In this document: in pieces, positions 41,031 to 54,469 of the stretch | Layout of the letters: every line of letters starts with the position of its first letter | Position numbering within the stretch: position 1 is the stretch's first letter | DNA from: an uncultured Acidobacteriota bacterium | Lineage (GTDB): Bacteria; Acidobacteriota; Thermoanaerobaculia; Multivoradales; UBA5704 | Assembly (NCBI GenBank): GCA_963700145.1 | Contig: OY969474.1 | Location: 4,768,001 to 4,832,000 of the forward strand | DNA length: 64,000 nucleotides | Direction: 5' to 3' | Made by a program: the position numbers and the translations under genes | The notes under the pieces: model-generated | Databases searched by the model: none | The model's input: only the letters and a program-made list of their open reading frames with translations | Told to the model about the DNA's origin: nothing

Positions 41031-42347
41031 ATGGAACCGAAGGTCCAGCTCTCGGCGGCCGAGCTCGAGGACGCCTGGCGCGTCCTCTCGCTCGAAGACC
41101 GCGTCGAGGGCTTCGAGATCCTGCCGCCCGCCGAGGCGGAGGAGTTCCTGCGCTCGCTCGACGCGCGGGACATCGCCGAGCTGATGGCGGCCCTCCCCCC
41201 CGGCCGCCGGCGGCTCTGGATGCGCTTCCTCGAGCCGGACGACGCCGCCGACGTGCTGCAGGAGGCCGACCCCGAGCTGCGCGAAGAGCTCCTCGCCGTC
41301 CTCGACGAGCCCACCCGCAAGGAGGTCAGGGCCCTCGCCGCCTACGCCGAGGACGAGGCCGGCGGCCTGATGAACCCGCGCTACGCGCGGGTGCGGCCCG
41401 AGATGACGACCGACGAGGCGATCGGCTACCTGCGCCGCCAGTCGCGCGAGCGGGTGGAGACGATCTACTACGTCTACGTCCTCGACGCGCAGCAGCACCT
41501 GCTAGGCGTGGTCTCGCTGCGCGAGCTCTTCTCGGCGCCCGGCGACGCCAGGATGCAGGACCTGTTGCACGCCGACCTCGTCACCATCACCGAAGAGACA
41601 GACCAGGAGGAGGTCTCGCAGCTCCTCGCCAAGCACGACCTGCTGGCCCTCCCGGTCGTCGACCACGAGGGGCGGATGAAGGGCATCGTCACCTTCGACG
41701 ACGTCGCCGACGTCGTCGTCGAGGAGGCGACCGAGGACATCCAGAAGCTGGGCGGCTCGGCGGCCCTGACCGAGCCTTATCTGGAGGCGGGGCTGGGGAA
41801 GATGGTGAGCAAGCGCGCCGGCTGGCTCTCCGCCCTCTTCTTGGGCGAGATGCTCACCACCTCGGCGATGGCCAGCTTCGAAGGCGAGATCGCGAAAGCC
41901 GTGGTGCTCGCCCTCTTCGTGCCGCTGATCATCTCGAGCGGCGGCAACTCGGGCTCCCAGGCCTCGACCCTCATCGTCCGCGCCCTGGCGCTCGGCGAGG
42001 TCCGTCTCCGCGACTGGTGGCGGGTGATCCGGCGGGAGGTGGTCGCCGGCGTCTGCCTGGGGAGCATCCTCGGAGGGATCGGCTTTGCCCGCGTAGTGCT
42101 CTGGGACGCCGCCTTCCACGCCTACGGCGACCACGGGACGGCGCTCGCCGTCACGGTCGCGGTGAGCCTGCTGGGGGTGGTGCTCTGGGGGACGCTGGTG
42201 GGCTCGATGCTGCCGCTGGTGCTCGACCGCCTGGGCTTCGACCCGGCGAGCGCCTCGGCCCCGTTCGTCGCCACGCTGGTCGACGTCACGGGCCTCCTCA
42301 TCTACTTCACGGCGGCGAGTCTTCTGCTGAAGGGATCTCTCCTGTAG
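41031..42347 (+). CDS. mgtE: Magnesium transporter MgtE
   Basis: N-domain plus CBS pair; LIISSGGNSGSQ, DPASASAPFVATLVDVTG. Confidence 0.95.
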   Translation: MEPKVQLSAAELEDAWRVLSLEDRVEGFEILPPAEAEEFLRSLDARDIAELMAALPPGRRRLWMRFLEPDDAADVLQEADPELREELLAVLDEPTRKEVRALAAYAEDEAGGLMNPRYARVRPEMTTDEAIGYLRRQSRERVETIYYVYVLDAQQHLLGVVSLRELFSAPGDARMQDLLHADLVTITEETDQEEVSQLLAKHDLLALPVVDHEGRMKGIVTFDDVADVVVEEATEDIQKLGGSAALTEPYLEAGLGKMVSKRAGWLSALFLGEMLTTSAMASFEGEIAKAVVLALFVPLIISSGGNSGSQASTLIVRALALGEVRLRDWWRVIRREVVAGVCLGSILGGIGFARVVLWDAAFHAYGDHGTALAVTVAVSLLGVVLWGTLVGSMLPLVLDRLGFDPASASAPFVATLVDVTGLLIYFTAASLLLKGSLL

Positions 42348-43035
42348 AGGCGGAGCTCGCCTCCGCCCTGGCCGCCCGCCGCCGCTCCCGCCACCACTCG
42401 ACGACCGCGGGCAGGAGCGACACGAGGATGATCCCCAGGATCACCAGCGAGAAGTGCTCCTGCACGATGGGGAGGTTGCCGAAGAGGTAGCCCGAGATCG
42501 TGCAGAGCAGCACCCAGGCGGCGCCGCCGGCCACGTTGTAGGCCATGAAGTGCGGGTAGCTCATGTGCCCGAGGCCGGCGACGAACGGCGCGAAGGTGCG
42601 GACGATGGGGACGAAGCGGGCGATGACGATCGTCTTGCCGCCGTAGCGCTCGAAGAAGCGGGAGGTCTTGTCGAGGTGGTCCTGGCGGATGAGAAGAGGC
42701 TTCTCGCGGTGCACCAGCCAGGGGCCGAGCTTGCGGCCGATCCAGTAGTTGGCGGTGTCGCCGAGGACGGCGGCGACGAAGAGGACGATGAGGAGCCAGC
42801 CGAGCGACAGGGTCGGCGTCGAGGCGGCCAGCGCGCCGGCGCCGAAGAGGAGGGAGTCCCCCGGCAGGAACGGGGTGACCACCAGCCCCGTCTCGCAGAA
42901 GACGACGACGAAGAGCAGCAGGTAGCTCCACCCGCCGTAGGTCTCGACCAGCACCTCCAGGTGCCGGTCGAGGTGGAGGAAGAGATCGACGAGCTGCCAG
43001 AAGAGCTCGTTGAGCCGGTGGAGGAGGTCGACCAT
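42307..43035 (-). CDS. DedA family membrane protein
   Basis: FCETGLVVTPFLPGDSLLF, ARFVPIVRTFAPFVAG. Confidence 0.93.
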   Translation of the reverse strand: MVDLLHRLNELFWQLVDLFLHLDRHLEVLVETYGGWSYLLLFVVVFCETGLVVTPFLPGDSLLFGAGALAASTPTLSLGWLLIVLFVAAVLGDTANYWIGRKLGPWLVHREKPLLIRQDHLDKTSRFFERYGGKTIVIARFVPIVRTFAPFVAGLGHMSYPHFMAYNVAGGAAWVLLCTISGYLFGNLPIVQEHFSLVILGIILVSLLPAVVEWWRERRRAARAEASSASTGEIPSAEDSPP

Positions 43036-43040
43036 TACCG

Positions 43041-43129
43041 TGTCATCCCGAGCGTAGCGAGGGATCTGGGCGGGGGAGGCAGCGCTCGCGGCCCCTGCCC
43101 CCAGATTCCTCGCTGCGCTCGGAATGACA
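43041..43129. repeat. REP-like palindrome, third copy of the GTCATCCCGAGC...GAATGACA family
   Basis: Same arms as 20302-20407 and 28986-29087 with a different loop. Confidence 0.85.
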
Positions 43130-43150
43130 ATTCAGGCAGTCCAGAACCGC

Positions 43151-45592
<2,442 letters not shown>

Positions 45593-45681
45593 CTCTCCTC
45601 CGCAATCGTGGTCGTGGCTGTCGAGATTGACCGCCCGGCCGGAGGCCGGGGTGGGCGCGGGAAGGCTAACACGGGCCGAAG

Positions 45682-45710
45682 AAAAAGCGGGGGCGGGTTG
45701 GCCGCCCCCG
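45682..45710 (-). terminator. Intrinsic terminator after the porin gene
   Basis: CGGGGGCGG-CCAAC-CCGCCCCCG followed by CTTTTT on the minus strand. Confidence 0.65.
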
Positions 45711-45772
45711 GTCAGAGGACCGCAGGAGAAAGGGCCGGGCGCCGGGGGGCGGCCGGCCTCGGGTTTGCGCCG

Positions 45773-47110
45773 CTAGAAGATCAACTGGTACTGCAGCCGG
45801 AACTCGTCGTTGGTCACCGAGCTCCCCGGGCTCTGGGTCTCTATCTGCCGGTAGTCGGCCTGGAGCTTGTGGTTGTGCTTGTTGAAGAAGTAGCCGAGCG
45901 CCAGGCCGCTCTCCTCGCGCTCGTTGTCGGCGACGTTGGCGTTGGGGTCGAGCTCGGCCAGGCGCAGGGCGACCTCGAATTTCTGCGGGATCACGAAGTA
46001 GCCCGCCTGCACGCTCCAGCCGTCGTGGTCGAAGTCCGAGACCGTGCCGGAGCGGTCGGTCGAGGCGTCGAAGAATTCGCCGAAGAGCGAGAAGCCCTTG
46101 AACTTGAACACCACGTCGCCGCCCACGATCTCGCGGTCGGCGGTGTGCGCCGGCGTCGTGCCGGCGGCGGCGACCGGGCGCTCGTTCGACTCGTACTGCC
46201 CGGCGATGGCGAAGAGCGGCGTGCCGGTCGAGTCGAAGTCCCCCTCGGAGTACTTGACGTCGCCGAAGGGCTGCCAGGTCAGCCGCGCGTTGGTCTGGTA
46301 CTTGTCGTTGTCGTTGCGGTCGACCGTGCGGCCGTTGCCATTGAAGATGCCGAAGCGCCAGTCGAGCTTGCCCCCCATCGGCGTGCCCCAGGCCTGGACG
46401 CCGATGTCGCGGCCGCGCGCGAACTCGTCGGAGACGATCGAGCGGTCCACGAACTGCTGGCTGCCCGAGGAGGTGAGCTGCTGCCGCCCGAACGGCACCT
46501 TGTACTGCCCGGCCTTGAGCTGGAAGGTCTTCCTGCCGGCGGTGAAGTCGTAGTTGATGTTGGCGTCCTGCAGCAGGTTCGTCTGCGCCGCGGTGTCGAA
46601 CTGCAGCTCGTAGGTCAGTTCCTTGGTGTAGACCCAGCCGTCGAACTTGGTGCGCATGCGGCGGATGCGGAAGGAGCCGACGTCGTCGCCCACCTCCGGC
46701 ATCTCCTGGGTGAAGCGCACCTGCAGGCGGTTCGAGATGCCGACGGTGCCGAGCTTGTGCTCGATCGTCGTCTTGCCGTCCTTCCAGCTCACGGTGAAGG
46801 CTGGCGGCACCGGCTTCGGCGTCGGCCTGTCGTAGCCCGGCAGGTCGTGCTTGAAGAAATAGAGGTCCGCGGCGGTCTCGTTTTCGGCCACCACCGTCTC
46901 GCCGTTGGGGCCGGCGCCGGGGAGGGTGATGGAGACGCCCATGTCCCCCGACTCCTCCCACAGCTTGTGGCGCTCCGGCGTGTTGAAGACGTAGATGCGG
47001 CCCTCCTTCTCGACCTCCTTGTAGAAGAGCCCGGTCACTTGGGCCCCGGCGGCCGAAGTGGCGATCGCCACCGCCAGCAGGCCCACGACGAGCTTCATGC
47101 GCTTACGCAT
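45773..47110 (-). CDS. Phosphate-selective porin (OprO/OprP family)
   Basis: Signal peptide, FRIRRMR, GQYKVPFG, FVDRS, RDIG, C-terminal Phe; divergent from pstS; SD AAGGAG. Confidence 0.85.
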   Translation of the reverse strand: MRKRMKLVVGLLAVAIATSAAGAQVTGLFYKEVEKEGRIYVFNTPERHKLWEESGDMGVSITLPGAGPNGETVVAENETAADLYFFKHDLPGYDRPTPKPVPPAFTVSWKDGKTTIEHKLGTVGISNRLQVRFTQEMPEVGDDVGSFRIRRMRTKFDGWVYTKELTYELQFDTAAQTNLLQDANINYDFTAGRKTFQLKAGQYKVPFGRQQLTSSGSQQFVDRSIVSDEFARGRDIGVQAWGTPMGGKLDWRFGIFNGNGRTVDRNDNDKYQTNARLTWQPFGDVKYSEGDFDSTGTPLFAIAGQYESNERPVAAAGTTPAHTADREIVGGDVVFKFKGFSLFGEFFDASTDRSGTVSDFDHDGWSVQAGYFVIPQKFEVALRLAELDPNANVADNEREESGLALGYFFNKHNHKLQADYRQIETQSPGSSVTNDEFRLQYQLIF

Positions 47111-47183
47111 TCCAATCTCCTTTGTGCGGTCCATGGGATGGCGCGAGGTTAGGCGGCGGCCGGAGCGGCGGCGCGACGCGGGC

Positions 47184-47201
47184 GTGACAGCCGTGCGACA
47201 G
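47184..47201 (-). promoter_or_regulatory. Pho box facing the porin gene
   Basis: CTGTCGC-ACGG-CTGTCAC (11-bp direct repeat); TAACCT 32 bp downstream. Confidence 0.7.
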
Positions 47202-47216
47202 CGGGTCATCGCCTGG

Positions 47217-47234
47217 CTGTCACGCGGCTGTCAC
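47217..47234 (+). promoter_or_regulatory. Pho box facing pstS
   Basis: CTGTCAC-GCGG-CTGTCAC; GACAAT 32 bp downstream. Confidence 0.75.
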
Positions 47235-47314
47235 GTCCCGGCTCCCGCCCCGCCGCACCGGCCGCCGACAATGGCGCCGTTCACGACCTCTCTAGAAGAA
47301 GGAGAACGAAACCC

Positions 47315-48292
47315 ATGAAGCAGATCGGCAAAGCGACGGGCCTGGCGACCGCGGCCCTCTTCGTCACCACCCTCCTCGCCGCCCAGGCGGTCAAGGTGGA
47401 CTCGAGCATCGCGGCCTACCAGAAGACCGGCGGCGTCTCCGGCAGCCTCAGCTCCGTCGGCTCCGACACGCTCAACAACCTGATGACGCTGTGGGCGGAA
47501 GGCTACCGCCGGCAGTACCCCAACGTGCGCATCCAGATCGAGGGCAAGGGCTCCTCGACGGCGCCGCCGGCGCTGATCTCCGGCACCGCCCAGCTCGGCC
47601 CGATGAGCCGCACCATGCGCTCGACCGAGATCGACGAGTTCGAGAAGAAGTACGGCTACGAGCCGATCGCGATCCGCGTCGCCGTCGACGCCCTCGCCGT
47701 CTACGTCAACAAGGACAACCCGCTCGACAAGCTCACCCTGCAGCAGGTGGACGCCATCTTCTCGAAGTCGCGGGCCTGCGGGGCCAAGAAGCCGGCGCAG
47801 AAGTGGGCGGACACGGGGCTCAGCGACGGCCGCTTCGCGCCGAAGCCGATCAGCCTCTACGGCCGCAACTCGGCCTCCGGCACCTACGGCTACTTCAAGG
47901 AGCACGCCCTCTGCAAGGGCGACTACCGCGACACGGTCAAGGAGCAGCCGGGCTCGGCCTCGGTGGTGCAGGGGGTCTCCGAGGACGTCTACGGCGTCGG
48001 CTACAGCGGCATCGGCTACCGCACCTCCGGCGTCAAGCCGGTGGCGCTGGCCGCGAAGCCCGGCGCGACCTACTACGCGGCCTCGGCCGAGGACGCGCTC
48101 TCCGGCAAGTACCCGCTGTCGCGCTACCTCTACGTCTACGTCAACAAGGCCCCCAACAAGCCGCTCGACCCGATGGTGCGCGAGTTCCTGAAGTTCGCCC
48201 TCTCGCAGGAGGGGCAGCAGACGGTGGTCAAGGACGGCTACCTGCCGATTCCCAACAAGATCGTCCAGGAGGAGCTCGGCAAGCTGCGGTAA
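47315..48292 (+). CDS. pstS: Phosphate ABC transporter substrate-binding protein
   Basis: [31 protein letters not shown]. Confidence 0.93.
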   Translation: MKQIGKATGLATAALFVTTLLAAQAVKVDSSIAAYQKTGGVSGSLSSVGSDTLNNLMTLWAEGYRRQYPNVRIQIEGKGSSTAPPALISGTAQLGPMSRTMRSTEIDEFEKKYGYEPIAIRVAVDALAVYVNKDNPLDKLTLQQVDAIFSKSRACGAKKPAQKWADTGLSDGRFAPKPISLYGRNSASGTYGYFKEHALCKGDYRDTVKEQPGSASVVQGVSEDVYGVGYSGIGYRTSGVKPVALAAKPGATYYAASAEDALSGKYPLSRYLYVYVNKAPNKPLDPMVREFLKFALSQEGQQTVVKDGYLPIPNKIVQEELGKLR

Positions 48293-48359
48293 AAACGCCC
48301 GCTACTGCCGCCGGCCGGGCGCCGCGACTCTGTTAAGCTCGCTCACCCCGACCGGCGGC

Positions 48360-50603
48360 ATGCTCGATCCAAACCACGGCGCCGTGACTCCCCCTTCGAG
48401 AGCAGCGGCGCGGCGCGGCGAGACGCCGCGCCGGCGCCTGGTCCGCGACCGCCTGGCGCGCTGGGTGGTGACCGCCGGCGGCCTTGCCATCATCGTCAGC
48501 ATCCTCGGCATCCTGGTCTTCATCCTGGCCGAGGTCTGGCCGCTCACCCGGCCCGCCGCCGTCGAGCGGGCGGGCGCGATCCGCCTGCCGGGAGGGGTCC
48601 CCCTGGCGCTCCTCGCCGATGAGCACCGCAGCCACGTCGCGGCCCTGGGCGGCGACGGTGTCGTGCGCGTCGTGCGGACGGCCGACGGCCGCGTGGTCCT
48701 GGCGCAGCCGTTCCTGACCCCGGCGGTCCGCCTGACCGCCGCCGCGGTGCCGCCGGAAGGGCGTTTCTTCGCCGCCTCCACCGCCGACGGCCGCGCGGTG
48801 CTGGCGCCGGTCGAGTTCGCGATCGAGTTCGCCGGCGATCGGCGGGTCGTCACCCCGCGGCTCGGCCAGCCGGTCGTCCTCGAGCTCGACCCGCAGCACC
48901 GCCCCCTCGGCCCCCTCGCCGCCCAGCTCGACGCCGAAGGCAACGCCGCGGCGGCGGCGGTCCTCGCCGGCGGCGGCCTCGCGCTCGTCCGCCGCACGAC
49001 CGAGGAGAACCTCCTCTCCGGCGAGACCACCGAGAGCCTCGAGCGCTTCCCCCTCGCCGCCCCCCACGCGATCACCGCCCTGGCCCTCGACCCCGACCGG
49101 CGCAACCTCTACGCCGGCACCCGCGGCGGCGAGCTGCTGCGCTGGGGGATCGCGCCGGAAGGGCCCGGCGCGGGGCGGGCGGTCTCCGCCGGCGGGGTGC
49201 CGGTCACCGCCCTGACCCTCCTCATCGGCGGCCGGTCGCTGGTCGTGGGGCAGGGGAGCGGCGCGCTCTCGGTCTGGCTGACCGTGCCGCACGGCGAGGA
49301 CGCCGTGCGCCTCGTCCGCGCCCGCGACTTCCCGGCGCACGACGCGGCGATCGTCGCCGTCGCCCCCTCGATGCGCGACAAGGGGTTCCTGGCGCTCGAC
49401 GAGGGCGGCGGCCTCGGCCTCTACCACTCGACCGCCCACCGCACCCTCTGGCGCGGGCGGTCGCCCCTGCCCGGCGGGCGGACGCTCGCCTTCGCCCCCA
49501 AGGTGGACGGCGCCTACGTCGCCGCCGCCGGCCGGCTGGCCGCGCTCGTGATCCGCAACCCGCACCCCGAGGTGACCTGGAAGTCGCTCTTCGGCAAGGT
49601 CTGGTACGAAGGCTACGAGCGGCCGGAGCTCGTCTGGCAGTCGAGCGGCGGCACCGACGACTTCGAGCCCAAGCTGTCGCTCACCCCGCTCCTCGTTGGC
49701 ACGCTCAAGGGGACCTTCTACTCGCTCCTCTTGGCCATCCCGCTCGGCGTCTTCGGGGCGATGTACGCCTCGCAGTTCATGCACCCGACCTACAAGCGCG
49801 TGCTCAAGCCGCTGATCGAGATCATGGCGGCGCTGCCGAGCGTCGTCCTCGGGTTCCTGGCCGGGCTGTGGCTGGCGCCGCGCGTCGAGCGGGCGCTGCC
49901 GGGGCTTTTCCTCATGCTCGTCGTCCTGCCGCTCGCGGTGCTCGGCGCCGGCGCCTTGTGGTGGCGGCTGCCGCGCCGGCTGCGCGGCCGCTTCCACGTC
50001 GGGGTCGAGGCCATCCTCTTCGTCTTCGTGCTGGCCGGCGCGATCTGGCTCTGCCTCGCCCTCTCCGCCCCCTTCGAGCGGCTGGCCTTCGGCGGCGACT
50101 TCCAGGGCTGGCTGCTGCGCACCACCGGCCTCCCCTACGACCAGCGCAACGCCGTCGTCGTCGGCCTGGCGATGGGCTTCGCGGTCATCCCGATCATCTT
50201 CGCCATCGCCGAGGACGCCTTCTCGAATGTGCCGCCCAACCTGGTGGCGGGGTCGCTGGCCCTCGGCGCCGACCGCTGGCAGACGGTGACCCGCGTCGTC
50301 CTGCCGACCGCGAGCCCCGGCATCTTCTCCGCCGTCATGGTCGGCTTCGGCCGCGCGGTGGGGGAGACGATGATCGTCCTCATGGCGACCGGCAACACGC
50401 CGATCATGAGCTGGAACCCGTTCAACGGCTTCCGGACGCTGTCGGCCAACATCGCGGTCGAGATCCCCGAGGCGCCGCACGGCGGCACGCTCTACCGCAC
50501 GCTGTTCCTGGCCGCGCTCCTCCTCTTCCTTCTCACCTTCGTGGTCAACACGGCGGCCGAGCTGGTGCGCCAGCGGCTGCGGGAGCGCTATGCCCAGCTC
50601 TAG
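48360..50603 (+). CDS. pstC: Phosphate ABC transporter permease with large extracytoplasmic beta-propeller-like domain
   Basis: IEIMAALPSVVLG, SLALGA, GRAVGETM, NGFRTLSANIA. Confidence 0.9.
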   Translation: MLDPNHGAVTPPSRAAARRGETPRRRLVRDRLARWVVTAGGLAIIVSILGILVFILAEVWPLTRPAAVERAGAIRLPGGVPLALLADEHRSHVAALGGDGVVRVVRTADGRVVLAQPFLTPAVRLTAAAVPPEGRFFAASTADGRAVLAPVEFAIEFAGDRRVVTPRLGQPVVLELDPQHRPLGPLAAQLDAEGNAAAAAVLAGGGLALVRRTTEENLLSGETTESLERFPLAAPHAITALALDPDRRNLYAGTRGGELLRWGIAPEGPGAGRAVSAGGVPVTALTLLIGGRSLVVGQGSGALSVWLTVPHGEDAVRLVRARDFPAHDAAIVAVAPSMRDKGFLALDEGGGLGLYHSTAHRTLWRGRSPLPGGRTLAFAPKVDGAYVAAAGRLAALVIRNPHPEVTWKSLFGKVWYEGYERPELVWQSSGGTDDFEPKLSLTPLLVGTLKGTFYSLLLAIPLGVFGAMYASQFMHPTYKRVLKPLIEIMAALPSVVLGFLAGLWLAPRVERALPGLFLMLVVLPLAVLGAGALWWRLPRRLRGRFHVGVEAILFVFVLAGAIWLCLALSAPFERLAFGGDFQGWLLRTTGLPYDQRNAVVVGLAMGFAVIPIIFAIAEDAFSNVPPNLVAGSLALGADRWQTVTRVVLPTASPGIFSAVMVGFGRAVGETMIVLMATGNTPIMSWNPFNGFRTLSANIAVEIPEAPHGGTLYRTLFLAALLLFLLTFVVNTAAELVRQRLRERYAQL

Positions 50604-52263
50604 CGGCGCGCCGAAGGCGGCCGAGCTCTTCGGCGGCTCACGCCAGCGCACCGAGCGGCTGGGGAGGTCGTTCACCTGGCTCTGCGGCGGCGCCCTGGCG
50701 CTCAACCTCCTCCTGGTCGTCGGCATCCTCGTCCTCCTGGCCCTCAACGGCCTCGGCTACTTCTGGCAGAAGGACCTGGCCGAGCTGACGCTGCGCGACG
50801 GGCGCAAGCTCCTGGGCGAGATCTGGGAGGTCGAGCGGACGCCGGCGCGGCGGGACGTGCCGGCCGTGGCGCGGCTGCGCATCAAGACCGGCAACCGCGA
50901 CGTCGACGGCCTCGACTTCGCCTGGATCGAGGACAAGGACGTCGTCCGCCAGGCCAGCCCGCCGGAGGCGGTCCTCCTCGAGCGGCTGGAGTGGGGGAAC
51001 TTCCACGGCTACTTCGTCGAGCTGCGCCACGGCGCGCGGGTCCTGGCGCGCGGCCCGCGGGCGGTGGCGCGGGCGCTGCCGCCGCTGCTGGCGCGGAAGG
51101 AAAAGGAGCGGGAGCGGCTGCGGGCCCTCGAGCGCGGGCCGATCGGCGACGTCAACCACGAGATCGAGCGCCTGCGGCTGGCGGCGCGGCGGCTGGAGCT
51201 CGAGGACCCGCCGCCGGCGGTGCGGGCGCGGCGGGCGGCGGCCATCGCCCGGGAGCTGGCGGCGCGCGAGGCCGAGTACGAGCGGCTCGCCGCCCGCCTC
51301 ACGGGGATGCGCGAGCGCCTCATGGCCGAGACCCTGGTCATGGCCACCGCCGCCGGCGAGACCAAGGACGTGCCCGTCGGCAACATCGTCGCTGCCGTCC
51401 GCCCCAACCGCCTCGGCGCCGGCGGCAAGCTCGGCCTCTACCTCTCCCGCGCCGGGCACTTCGTCACCGACGAGCCGCGCGAGTCGAACACCGAGGGGGG
51501 GATCTTCCCCGCCATCTTCGGCACCGTGATGATGGTCTTCATCATGTCCTTCGCGGTGACGCCGCTCGGCGTCCTCGCCGCGCTCTACCTGCGCGAGTAC
51601 GCCAAGCAGGGGCCGCTGGTGCGCCTGGTGCGGATCGCGGTCAACAACCTGGCGGGGGTGCCGTCGATCGTCTTCGGCGTCTTCGGCCTCGGCTTCTTCG
51701 TCTACCTCGTCGGCGGCTCGCTCGACCGCCTCTTCTACCCCGAGGCCCTCCCCACGCCGACCTTCGGCACCGGCGGCATCCTCTGGGCGAGCCTCACCCT
51801 CGCCCTCCTCACCGTGCCGGTCGTCATCGTGGCGGCCGAGGAGGGGCTGGCGGCCGTGCCGCGCATCGTCCGCGAGGGCTCGCTGGCGCTCGGCGCCACC
51901 AAGTGGGAGACGATCCGCCGCGTCGTCCTGCCGGCAGCGGCGCCCGGCATCCTGACCGGCATGATCCTGGCGATGGCGCGCGCCGCCGGCGAGGTGGCGC
52001 CGCTGATGATCGTCGGGATGGTGAAGCTCGCGCCGGCGCTGCCGATCGACGGCCGGCCGCCCTTCGTCCACCTCGAGCGCAAGTTCATGCACCTCGGCTT
52101 CCACATCTACGACGTCGGCTTCCAGAGTCCCAACGTCGAGGCCACGACGCCGCTCGTCTTCGCCACGGCGCTGCTGCTCATCCTGGTGGTGACGGCGATG
52201 AACCTCTTGGCGATCGGCCTGCGCAACCACCTGCGCCGCAAGTACGCCGGGAGCGCGGTGTGA
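50590..52263 (+). CDS. pstA: Phosphate ABC transporter permease
   Basis: [31 protein letters not shown]. Confidence 0.92.
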   Translation: MPSSSGAPKAAELFGGSRQRTERLGRSFTWLCGGALALNLLLVVGILVLLALNGLGYFWQKDLAELTLRDGRKLLGEIWEVERTPARRDVPAVARLRIKTGNRDVDGLDFAWIEDKDVVRQASPPEAVLLERLEWGNFHGYFVELRHGARVLARGPRAVARALPPLLARKEKERERLRALERGPIGDVNHEIERLRLAARRLELEDPPPAVRARRAAAIARELAAREAEYERLAARLTGMRERLMAETLVMATAAGETKDVPVGNIVAAVRPNRLGAGGKLGLYLSRAGHFVTDEPRESNTEGGIFPAIFGTVMMVFIMSFAVTPLGVLAALYLREYAKQGPLVRLVRIAVNNLAGVPSIVFGVFGLGFFVYLVGGSLDRLFYPEALPTPTFGTGGILWASLTLALLTVPVVIVAAEEGLAAVPRIVREGSLALGATKWETIRRVVLPAAAPGILTGMILAMARAAGEVAPLMIVGMVKLAPALPIDGRPPFVHLERKFMHLGFHIYDVGFQSPNVEATTPLVFATALLLILVVTAMNLLAIGLRNHLRRKYAGSAV

Positions 52264-53063
52264 CCGTGGAGAAGGCGGCGCGCGACGCCGCGCTCGACCC
52301 GGGGATCGAGAACCCGGTCCTGGAGATCGAGTCGCTCTCCCTCTGGTACGGCACCAAGCGGGCGCTCCAGGACATCACCCTCGACATCCCGGACAAGCAG
52401 ATCACCGCCTTCATCGGCCCCTCGGGGTGCGGCAAGTCGACCCTGCTGCGCTGCATCAACCGCCTCAACGACCTGATCGACGACGTCCGGATCGAAGGCG
52501 ACATCCGCTTCGGCGCGACCAGCATCTACGACCCGCGCATCGACATCAACGCCCTGCGCAAGCGGATCGGCATGGTCTTCCAGAAGTCCAACCCGTTCCC
52601 CAAGTCGATCTACGAGAACGTCGCCTACGGCAGCCGCATCCAGGGCATCAACAAGAAGCGCGAGCTCGACGAGGTGGTGGAGCGGAGCCTCCGGAGCGCG
52701 GCGCTCTGGGACGAGGTCAAGGACCGCCTCGACGACAGCGCCCTCGGCCTCTCCGGCGGCCAGCAGCAGCGCCTCTGCATCGCCCGCGCGATCGCCGTCG
52801 AGCCCGAGGTCATCCTCCTCGACGAGCCCTGCTCCGCCCTCGACCCCATCGCCACCGCCCGCATCGAGGAGCTGATGCAGGACCTGAAGAGCCAGTACAC
52901 CCTGGTCATCGTCACCCACAACATGCAGCAAGCGTCGCGGGTCTCGGACTACACCGCCTTCCTCTACCTAGGGGAGCTGATCGAGTACGGCCTGACCGAG
53001 AAGATCTTCATCAACCCGCTGAAGAAACAGACCGAGGACTACATTACTGGGCGGTTTGGGTGA
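52260..53063 (+). CDS. pstB: Phosphate ABC transporter ATP-binding protein
   Basis: [42 protein letters not shown]. Confidence 0.96.
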   Translation: MTVEKAARDAALDPGIENPVLEIESLSLWYGTKRALQDITLDIPDKQITAFIGPSGCGKSTLLRCINRLNDLIDDVRIEGDIRFGATSIYDPRIDINALRKRIGMVFQKSNPFPKSIYENVAYGSRIQGINKKRELDEVVERSLRSAALWDEVKDRLDDSALGLSGGQQQRLCIARAIAVEPEVILLDEPCSALDPIATARIEELMQDLKSQYTLVIVTHNMQQASRVSDYTAFLYLGELIEYGLTEKIFINPLKKQTEDYITGRFG

Positions 53064-53086
53064 GCCGCATTGCTGGTCGTCCGCGC

Positions 53087-53681
53087 CTATTGAACGTCGA
53101 TTCCCTCAGGCCGCCAGCCATCGTCGTAGCGACGCAGTAAGGCTTCCCCGGTTTTCGTTGCGAAGGCCTGACTTGTGTAGTCGTAGCCGAATTCCTTTAC
53201 CATTGCGTCCGGCTTACAGCCGGCCCAGTCTCCGAAATCCATGCGCGCTATCAAAGGTGTCCACTTCCACCGCCACTTGAATTGCGCCGCTTACCTCCAT
53301 AAACTCTCGTTGCGCGACTGGAATGAATCGTCCATTCGGTCTTTGCGGATCCTTGGTCCACTCCTTCTCAGCCGCTTTGCCGCTGGCGGTCAGCACGAGA
53401 AGGCCGTTCTCTCTGGAGAGATATCCGGCCTGCTGAGACTCAAGGCAGTCCGCGAGCTCGAAGTCGAACATCCCTGTGAGCATGTTGAGAAAGGCACCCA
53501 TTCCCTGGCGAGCGTCTGGGCCGAGAAGAATCTCGCGAGTGACAGGTGCTGTGAATTGCTCCGAGGCGGCAATCCACCGGGCAGCCTCATCACGGGAAAG
53601 GTCGTTCGATCGACACGCACCGAAGGCAATACAGACTGGAACTAGAATTGCCAGCGTTGCAGCAACCGACCGGATCTTCAT
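53087..53681 (-). pseudogene. Low-GC lipoprotein gene with a frameshift near 53290
   Basis: MKIRS..FGAC lipobox with SD GAGGGAGG; another frame continues FKWRWKWTP...GEALLRRYDDGWR...* to 53087. Confidence 0.55.
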
Positions 53682-53749
53682 ACGTAGGGCCTCCCTCAGT
53701 TGAGAAATAGATGGAGAAGCGTGAACGGGTCGACGATCGCGCTCTCGTG

Positions 53750-54325
53750 TCACCAATCTGAGATCTGTAACTTTGTGATGTGCGCATCTGGCGAGTATCT
53801 CTGCGTTTCGCGTTTGCCTTCCTCAAGAATTCCTCCCTCGACACCCAAGCCAATTCCCTTAAGCACCTTGGTGAATTCCGCATATTGCTCAAATGTGGGC
53901 TCGGACGTGTAAATACGCTTGAGCTTCCCCAATTTCCTTTCAACGTCTCCTAACAGCATGCCGACATGCACCCCTTCTTTCGTCTTATATTTTGGACTAT
54001 GGATCATGATGGCGTCGACCTTTGCAGCGTAGTTAATAGCGTAGTCCTGACACTCACTGCTCCAGAGTGTCATGAGCACGTCCTCGTATGACGCGTTGTC
54101 ATGGATCTGAAGAAGCCATCCGGAGTCACCGCCCAAGGCATACGTTTGGTACTCGGGTTTTAATGCCTGAATCGCCTGCTTGACGGTCATTCCTGGATTT
54201 ATCCTGAGTGGCGACCCATCTGGTTCGACGACTGCGCTGAACTGCGCAGCTCCGGAGGTGGAAGACAAGACTAGAATTGTCATGAGGATCAGAACTATTC
54301 GGGCTGGCATGGTTGTTCCCTCCAT
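53750..54325 (-). CDS. Exported hypothetical protein (low GC)
   Basis: Signal peptide; 191-aa ORF; composition unlike host. Confidence 0.65.
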   Translation of the reverse strand: MEGTTMPARIVLILMTILVLSSTSGAAQFSAVVEPDGSPLRINPGMTVKQAIQALKPEYQTYALGGDSGWLLQIHDNASYEDVLMTLWSSECQDYAINYAAKVDAIMIHSPKYKTKEGVHVGMLLGDVERKLGKLKRIYTSEPTFEQYAEFTKVLKGIGLGVEGGILEEGKRETQRYSPDAHITKLQISDW

Positions 54326-54380
54326 CCTTTTCGTTGTCTGGGTCTCACTGCTATGACTCCTATCGTCTATTCCTCAGATC

Positions 54381-54434
54381 GCCGAACCTCTCGCAGCCGC
54401 TGCCGCAGCTCCTCACGCGCGGCCGTGGTTAGGC
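54381..54434 (-). other. attC-like degenerate recombination site
   Basis: Minus strand GCCTAAC..CGGCCGC...GCGGCTG..GTTCGGC between two co-oriented cargo genes. Confidence 0.35.
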
Positions 54435-54469
54435 CATCCTCGCCTCATCACGAAACCGGGGCAACTCCG

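Noticed and set aside
42307-42347. 41-bp convergent overlap of mgtE and dedA
   Set aside because: Explained by a non-conserved C-terminal tail; common in high-GC genomes
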